Positions 56,347 to 64,000 of a stretch of DNA of 64,000 nucleotides are shown one piece after another. The notes under the pieces are model-generated. The model had not been told where the DNA came from. It did no database searches and saw only the letters and a list, made by a program, of their open reading frames with translations. The stretch's first letter is position 1. Every line of letters begins with the position of its first letter. The stretch comes from Octopus sinensis (lineage: Eukaryota). The stretch is taken from the NCBI RefSeq assembly GCF_006345805.1, contig NC_043006.1, positions 62,744,001 to 62,808,000 of the forward strand. The letters run 5' to 3'. The translations under genes were made by a program, and so were the position numbers.

Positions 56347-56959
56347 AAAGCCCCGATGCAGTACCAAGCAGTGAATGTATGCCCTGATGCAGTACAAGGC
56401 AGTGGCTCTATGCCCTGATGCAGTGGCGTTCATTGGTTTTGATCTCAAGTGATCAGATGTGTTACCATGTATATGTTTTGTCTTAGTATAAGAGATGGGC
56501 TACAGCAAATATTCTGCTCAATACCACAGATTTGCAGGTCAGTTGTTTGACCTTAACCAGTTAAGTATGTCCCTTAGTGGCTGACGATACTTGCATCTTT
56601 GATCACAATTAGAGGTAGTGGGGGAGCATCATGGCCATGTGTTGAGAGTGATTCTTTGGAGTTTGAATAATTCACTTCTGGAAACATAGGTTTTGGTTCA
56701 TCATCCTTTAAAAAACCTTACTTGGGGACCTTTTGAGTGAGAATATGCTACTCGGCCTGAAGAAAATTCTAACTAGGCCCCACATGCAAGGTCATGCGCT
56801 GTTTATCATGAAATGAGATCTGTATGTCACGCACATATTGTTGTGAGGCATGTACCTGGTGTATTCTTATCAGACGGGTAGCAATGATGGTTTTATTGGG
56901 CTTCGTATATATGTACCTCAGTGTAAGTTCGATGTCGGGCGCTGCTCTCTCACTCACCC
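56347..56959 (+). mobile_element. Family C element, copy 4, with triplicated 5' end
   Basis: Colinear with copy 3; the 31-nt 5' unit occurs at 56348, 56379 and 56410; followed by (AAT)n. Confidence 0.85.
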
Positions 56960-57709
56960 AATAATAATAATTATAATAATAATAGTAATAGTAGTAGTAG
57001 TAGTAAAAATAAAAATAAAAATAATAATAATAACAACAACAATATTAGTCGAAGTGGCAGCATATTCTATGATGCACATGAAGACACAGAGAAATATGTT
57101 TTAAAAGGAAAACCACAGATGTCTTTTCTAAAATGTGATGTCTTTCTCAGAAGATCGAGGACTCCTGTACCCCGTGTAACAGTTCTGAGACCTAGAATAT
57201 AAGACGAGGTTTAAGACTGTCCCACGGGCTAAAGGAATCTATATAGCAGCACGAGACCTATGAGGACATGTAGCAGTGGTGCACAGCCTTTCGACCGGGA
57301 CGTTTTCGCGTTATTTATTTATTTATTTATTTATGTGTGTGCATGTGTGTATGTTTGAGTGTGTGTGTGTGTGTAAGGTCATAAGAGCAAGGGATGTGTA
57401 AGCTTCGAGCAGTCTGTGATAGGTATATAAAACAACGTCCAGAAACAATAATAATTTATTGCCGTCGAATGTTGTAAGCTTTTACCATATCGAAGATCAA
57501 TATGCTGAAAAATAATTGTGTAGATTACTGTTAGCAACTTGAATTGCAATGAATGCGAAAAAAGAATCGAAATTGAGGCACTGGAGCAGGTAAAATTCTA
57601 GCTAGATAGATCTCCTAGATAACAGAAACTCTGATGTAATAAGTATTCAGTGTGGGATACTCTGTTAGCTATTCATCAGGCCGAAGTTACATTAATTATA
57701 TAAAGGTTA

Positions 57710-57789
57710 CCCTGTCGTTAAGGAATTAGAAGTTAACTTGCCTAAGATATAATTTGAAAATTTTTTTCACAAATACCTTAACGACAGTG
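57710..57789. mobile_element. 80-bp Tc1/mariner-type MITE
   Basis: TA|ccctgtcgttaagg ... ccttaacgacagtg|TA: 14-bp TIR with one mismatch and TA duplication. Confidence 0.65.
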
Positions 57790-57938
57790 TATCTCGGGCC
57801 TAAGTACCCATCGTTTATTAATTATTACATCAGAGGAGCTGAATTTTACCAGCTGCACCCTCATTTTAGATGTAAATATGTATATGTATGTATTAAGTAA
57901 CGTTAAATATATATATGTATATATACATATATACATAA

Positions 57939-58026
<88 letters not shown>

Positions 58027-58039
58027 GCGATGCTTGACC

Positions 58040-58145
58040 GCTAAATTTACAATCTTTTTCATTTCCCTGAGCGTCAAACTAATACACCTACTTGTTGTTC
58101 ATACGCTTGTCATCATCTTTTGTTTTTCTATAAATTGCAACTATA
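58040..58145 (+). repeat. Second copy of the tail of the 40690-40872 family
   Basis: ttccctgagcgtcaaactaat...cttgttgttc...ttttctataaattgcaactata matches 40795-40875; between (TA)n and (TC)n. Confidence 0.6.
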
Positions 58146-58180
58146 TGCATATCTCTCTCTCTCTCTCTTCTCTCTCTCTA

Positions 58181-58221
<41 letters not shown>

Positions 58222-58278
58222 TATAGTTGAAATTTATAGGAAAACAAAAGATTTATAGGAAAACAAGTGTATATATAT

Positions 58279-59392
58279 CAGGTCATCCCATATGTAATGT
58301 CCGAATTTTGTGTAAAAAAATAAGTGATCTAATTTTGTATTTTATTAAAATTTAGTCCTGCATATAATTCTCATCATTATCGTGACTTCCTTCCATTGAC
58401 TATCCAGTTGTTCAATTCCATTGGCGAAAACCTCTTTTGGGTTTGGTAAGAAGATGAACGACAGGTCAGTTTTGATCTTCTTGTAGGTTTTTGAGTAGTA
58501 ATCTGTCTAAATTATCACGTAAGCTTTAAAATAAATGTGAATCTGAAAGATCGAGGTCTGCGGAATTAGGCGGGCGAGGGATTTGTTTTGTTTTTTTTTC
58601 TCATGTAATCTTTGCAGTGTTATAAAACATCACTCCCTTAGGATTCAGCAAAGCAGACCTTTTTTTTTTCCTTCAAAAGAGCATCCAACCGCTCTAATTG
58701 TTGATAATAGCTATAAACAGTAACTTTAGATTTCATTAATAGCAACTCAGTGTGGATGACCCCAATGCAGTCTCACCATACAGAAAGAACTTTTTTGCAT
58801 GGAGTTTCTTTTCGGTTTGTGGTTTAGCCTGTTCTCCCCAACTAAGCCAGTGCCTGCGTTGCTTAACATTTTCATAAAAATCATTTCTAATCACCAGGCA
58901 GAGATCTATCCAAAAATTGTGAGATATGTTAGCAAGAGATGAGCAGATCTCCATTCGTAACTTTCGTTTGGTTCAGTCAAACCAAGTGGAAGCCATTTTC
59001 TGAGTTTGGACATCTTTTCCAAGCTGTTCAAGATGGCGTTGAATAGTTGAATGGTTTGAATTGAGCTTGATTGCTAATTCTTCAACCGACATTGCATTAT
59101 CCTTATCAAGCTCTCACAAAAGAAGTTCGTCATCAAATTCAACAAATATCCTGTTCATGGTCTCTCTCTTTAGCTAAAATTAGCATTTTTGGACTTGCAA
59201 ACCACCTTCTGCAACTTCTTTAGTTCAAGCACTCTTCCACAAAATCTGAATGGATATTTCGGTTTGCTTCTGCCGCACTGCTTCCCTTTATGAACTTATA
59301 AAGAATTGAACGTTTCCAAATTCATAGAATACTGTAAACTTTGTTAGAAATTACATATATGATATTTTGGACACTACTTATAGGCTGCAGTG
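58279..59392 (-). mobile_element. mariner (DD34D-type) transposon, decayed
   Basis: AAEANRNIH (HTH), SVEELAIKLNSNHSTIQRHLEQLGK, KWLPLGL (WVPHEL equivalent), WLSWGEQAKP, FANGIEQL; imperfect TIRs at 58279-58309 and ~59365-59392; TA at 58277-58278. Confidence 0.88.
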
Positions 59393-59418
59393 CTAAATAT
59401 ATATATATATATAAATAA

Positions 59419-59476
<58 letters not shown>

Positions 59477-60380
59477 ATGTTTACATATATGTATGTAAAT
59501 GTGTATATATATACGCATATATATATATATATTATATATATATATATACAAGTCCTAGGCTTAGTTCTACTTTCCAAACACGACGTAAAAGCTTTTATAC
59601 ATACACATATGTGCCTATGCGTGCGTTTGCGTGTAAGTCATGTAGAGTGTTGTAGAAAGAGTGTCGATGTGTATAGTTAGATCCCCCCACCATGATATCA
59701 AGCCACAAAATACACGGAGTTTTCCTCATCACTACAGGAAATTAATTTGTAGCAGGGATGGAATTAGTAATCATGCTTAGCTTGAACTGACATACCCAGT
59801 GAAAGCCCAATTTATAAGCGGACAGTGAAGGACATATTTGAATCCAGTCACAAAACTAATTTTTACGGGCTTTTGTATACTTAGGTATTGGCGTGTCTAT
59901 GAATCTTCAGTGAGCTCAATACACTCATGCCTTCATAGGTACAATGACAGAATTAATATAATTTCTATAAAATCTAAGGAAAATGTTGATGAGAATATTT
60001 AACGCTTCTTTAGCCAGTTCAGGTCACATGGGTACTTAAATTAACTGTCGATATTATTTTCATTATATGTTAAGCTTGACAAAATGTTGGCGTCTGTAAG
60101 TCAGCGTTGTGGCGTATGACATTTCAATGACAACATTTACCATATAGAAGAATAACTAATTTTAGAGTTCATTTATGAATACAAGACGAGAATGTACTTA
60201 CAAAAGCGTTCGATCGTCAAAACATCTGCAACCGAATTTTAGAAATATATGGGAAGTTTAAGGTAAATCATTGGCATCAGATTTAATATAAAGCAGGCAA
60301 TGTTTGTTTTAAAACATAACATCAGGAGAAACCGAATTGTCGTTTGGGTTTATAAGAAAATATCTTAACATTATTGAACT

Positions 60381-60590
60381 AAAGGCGGCGAGCAGGCAGA
60401 ATCGTTAGCACGCCTGGCAATTCGCCTGTCTTTACTATTTGAATTCAAGTTCTGTCAAGTTCGACATTAACTTTCACATTTCAGTGTCGATAAAATAAGT
60501 GCCAGCTGAACAATGGGGCCGATATAATCGACTTATATCCTTTTATGAAAGTGCTGACCATGTGTTAAAGTTCGAAATCATTATTATCGA
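60381..60590 (+). mobile_element. SINE family B
   Basis: aaaggcggcgagcaggcagaatcgttagcacg...gtgtcgataaaataagtgccag. Confidence 0.8.
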
Positions 60591-61071
60591 AGAACGAGTT
60601 CTACTTGAACTCACGTAACATCCGCAGTACATATTTGTATAAATTGAAAAGGTTATGTAACATCCATCAAGTAGATCCATCATTTAAAATCCGCAGAGTT
60701 TATAAGTTTCCAAGTTGATCATTCTGGATGTGTTTTTCTGTAGTTCTTTGTTGCGTTGGAAGCTATTTTAAGCCACTATACATGATTTTGTGAATAAAAA
60801 TAAGAATTTTGAATACTTTTTACAATTAAGTTTATTTTTACGAAGATATTCTGAAGTCTTTTTTTTCTACTCAATTTTTTATCTGCCTCTTGCCTTTTCG
60901 TGACATTGTAGTATTTGTCGGCTTGAAGGATATGCCGAGAATGTCTCAGTTTACAAGATTACATTACACCGCTATTTATTCTGTATTTTTTATACCCATT
61001 GTCTTTGTTCGTAACTAATGAGTCAAATGTTTGCGGAACAATTTTATAAGACACTCATTTGATATATACAT

Positions 61072-61127
<56 letters not shown>

Positions 61128-61164
61128 TATATATATAGTGTGTGTGTGTGTGTGTATGTATATA

Positions 61165-61221
<57 letters not shown>

Positions 61222-61228
61222 ATATATG

Positions 61229-61311
<83 letters not shown>

Positions 61312-62224
61312 ATTGGTATTAACTTCTACACCCAATAGAATGCTCCCATTTTCGATTTACGCTTGTTCGATATTTGATGTACTAAAAAAATATATGGCAT
61401 GTGAAGTGATACACTAATTTCAATATCGAATATACTCCATTGTCTTCCCTGTTTATTCAGAATTATACACACACACATACAAACACAAGCACAAACACAC
61501 ACGCACACATACACATGCACACACACTTATGTTTAATTAATTTCATAGTACCTCCTGCCGAATCATTCTTAGAACATTCTGGGAGCGGACAGATGATGAA
61601 TGCACTCCAGTTTAGATTGTTTAGATTGCTGTCTGCGGTCATGCCATGACGTTCATTTATGACTTGTTCTTAATATTTCAACAAATTCACAAAATAGAAT
61701 GGCAATATCCTTGTTTGAACATGTTGTCATTAACTGAACTTATGGAAAAATAAATTTAACGAGAGACCTAAGTTGATATTTAGACAGACCGTTGCTGCAT
61801 ATTGCTTTCCTTCTGAGTGTTGAAATATTAAAATGAAAAGTGTCTGATAATTAACTTGAGAATATAAGATAGCAACGAAGCTCTGTTTGGATAGCTAATG
61901 TTTTTTAAAAGTATGAAATAAGAGCCAATACATATCTCACCCCAAGGATCATTGATAAAATCTATTTATCGCAGAGCAAATGATATACTGGACCAGTTTA
62001 TTGAGAAGAGAGTACGTGGGTACTTGGCACGAAAAACACAAACCATAGAAAGTATTGATCATGTCAAAAGCTTGGTAGCGACTACCGACATGTTTATGAC
62101 ACCTAGCATCGAATGATACCTGCATGCACATCAAAAAAGAGACATTCCCACCAAGTACACCAAGTTCCTACCACAAAAAATATTGACAAACAAAAAATAT
62201 ATGCTGTACATCTGAAGATATCAA

Positions 62225-62860
62225 CCACACTCGCAGTCTGCCATGTCTTTCCAAAGTTGCTTAGTCAAATCCTCGGCCATGGCTTCACAGTGCCGTATAA
62301 CCGTACTTCCTGATAGCTGAAGAGCTTTGATTGAATATAGTATTTCTGGTTTGTTTTTAAAGTCTCGGAATAAAGTGTCTGCCACTTTTACCATCTCTCC
62401 TTCTTGGAAGGATTTATTGTTCTTAACGATAAAGGGGCTCACCTGGAACGATGCTTCGGTAACTGCCTTTGCTTTTGAAGTTAGCTGTGTGAAAAATGAC
62501 TACTGTCCGAACAACTGGCGTTTTAGTTCCTTCTCCTTTCTCTTTCTCAGCTTTTCGGAGGGGATTCAGTGTCATTGTTTTTATGATCACTCCGAAAATG
62601 CCGATCCACATTTCCCTTCTTCGGAATAGCAGATGAGGCAAACGCACTTCAAATATAACATTGTGAAAACAATTCCTCCTCGAACTCCGTATGGAAGTGG
62701 TAGGATTTTGGTTCTTACTTGGTCCAGCTCCCCCACTCATTTTTATATACTTTTTTTAAGTTTAGAAGAAATACACTGACGGCTAAATAGGTCAGATGTA
62801 AGATTGGCTGACCTGTATGTCAATGAAGTGTCAAATTTCATAGTGTATATGGCACCCCTG
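62225..62860 (-). mobile_element. hAT (Buster/Charlie-type) transposon 5' fragment
   Basis: Terminus CAGGGGTGCC at 62860; MSGGAGPSK start; ORF 62221-62442 VKNNKSFQEGEMVK...DFKNKPEIL...LQLSGSTVIRHCEAMAEDL, typical of GTF2IRD2/SPIN-like transposases. Other end not found. Confidence 0.8.
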
Positions 62861-63703
62861 AGCTAGGTGTTAAATAACAATTTCTTTGAATAAAATAGTA
62901 AAATTGAGTTTATCATTTAATCATTTAATGAGTAAATTATTTAATTGTTCAATTTATAGTTTTGGTTCCCATTTCTAATTTATGTGTGTGTGTGCGTGTT
63001 AGTATGTTAGTGTGTGTGAAAGAGAGTGTGTGTACGCGCGAGTGTGTATACTTTTATGCTTATATGTCTAAATCAATAAATGCACACATGTATACACACA
63101 CATACATATGTATATGTACATATATACATACATATATATATATATATATATAATATTATATATATATATGTATATATATATGCATATATACATACGTATA
63201 CATGTAAGTATGTAAGTACATGTATGAATATATGCATATATACACGTATTGTTTATATTATTATATGATTGAACGCTACCCATCCTTTTCCAAGTAAGTT
63301 TTATCTCTCTCTGTATATATACAATTGCAGCGTGGAAGTTGTTTATAAGCACACAAAAAACCGTGATGCTAACTTCAGCATTTAAATCTAATTTGTGCCA
63401 AAATATCTTCGAGTTTTATATATGAATGTTACTCTATCGAAGGTTGTATATATGTAAGTTCCTCTCACCACCGTCTAACGTGGAATGGATACGTCATAGA
63501 TACATACATGCAAATATAAGCCTACCTATGCATATGTACAAGCACACACAATCATATAAACATGTATACACATACATATATGCGTATAATCGTAAAGTAT
63601 ACACCTAGATATGCTTATCCATCTACACATATATGTCATTATTTTCACTGACAACGGTTAAATTCAAATACCTATATTATGTACATATTTACATATGTAC
63701 ATA

Positions 63704-63754
<51 letters not shown>

Positions 63755-64000
63755 TACCCATATATGCATGTATACACACACTCATACACACACATACTCA
63801 CATACACATACAGATAAACGTACACACACATGCATACGCACGCTAAAATACATATACATATACACATAGGCACATATTAATCTACGTACACTCATACGAC
63901 TGTATATATAATTATATATGTATTTCAGCATCATGCATCTTAATGTGTATGTATAGATTTCTACATGTTAATGAGAGAAAGGGGTGATTATAGATGGGTA

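Overview
AT-rich, microsatellite-saturated animal genomic DNA. The SINE families and repeat landscape point to an octopus (inference from recalled SINE sequences, not a database hit). No intact host protein-coding gene can be supported; nearly all ORFs in the track are translated microsatellites. Recognisable content: (1) R4/Dong-clade RLE retrotransposons (one ~4 kb near-full-length decayed copy plus three fragments) and four copies of a ~0.5 kb non-coding element, all in (TAA)n arrays and read on the (TAA)n strand; (2) a GC-rich Tx1/L1 3' fragment inserted in a (GATA)n array with a probable ~18 bp TSD; (3) Penelope-like (PLE) RT fragments and several small TA-embedded elements carrying minimal hammerhead motifs, including a 320 bp foldback with one apparently intact hammerhead at 43826-43866; (4) DNA transposons: a complete decayed Chapaev3 with TIRs, a DD37D/maT-type, a mariner, a hAT 5' fragment, a Helentron/DINE-like element and small MITEs; (5) three tRNA-derived SINE families. 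The most interesting pattern is microsatellite niche partitioning: each repeat class hosts its own retroelement type, and one SINE family supplies the TA tract that hammerhead-bearing elements insert into.
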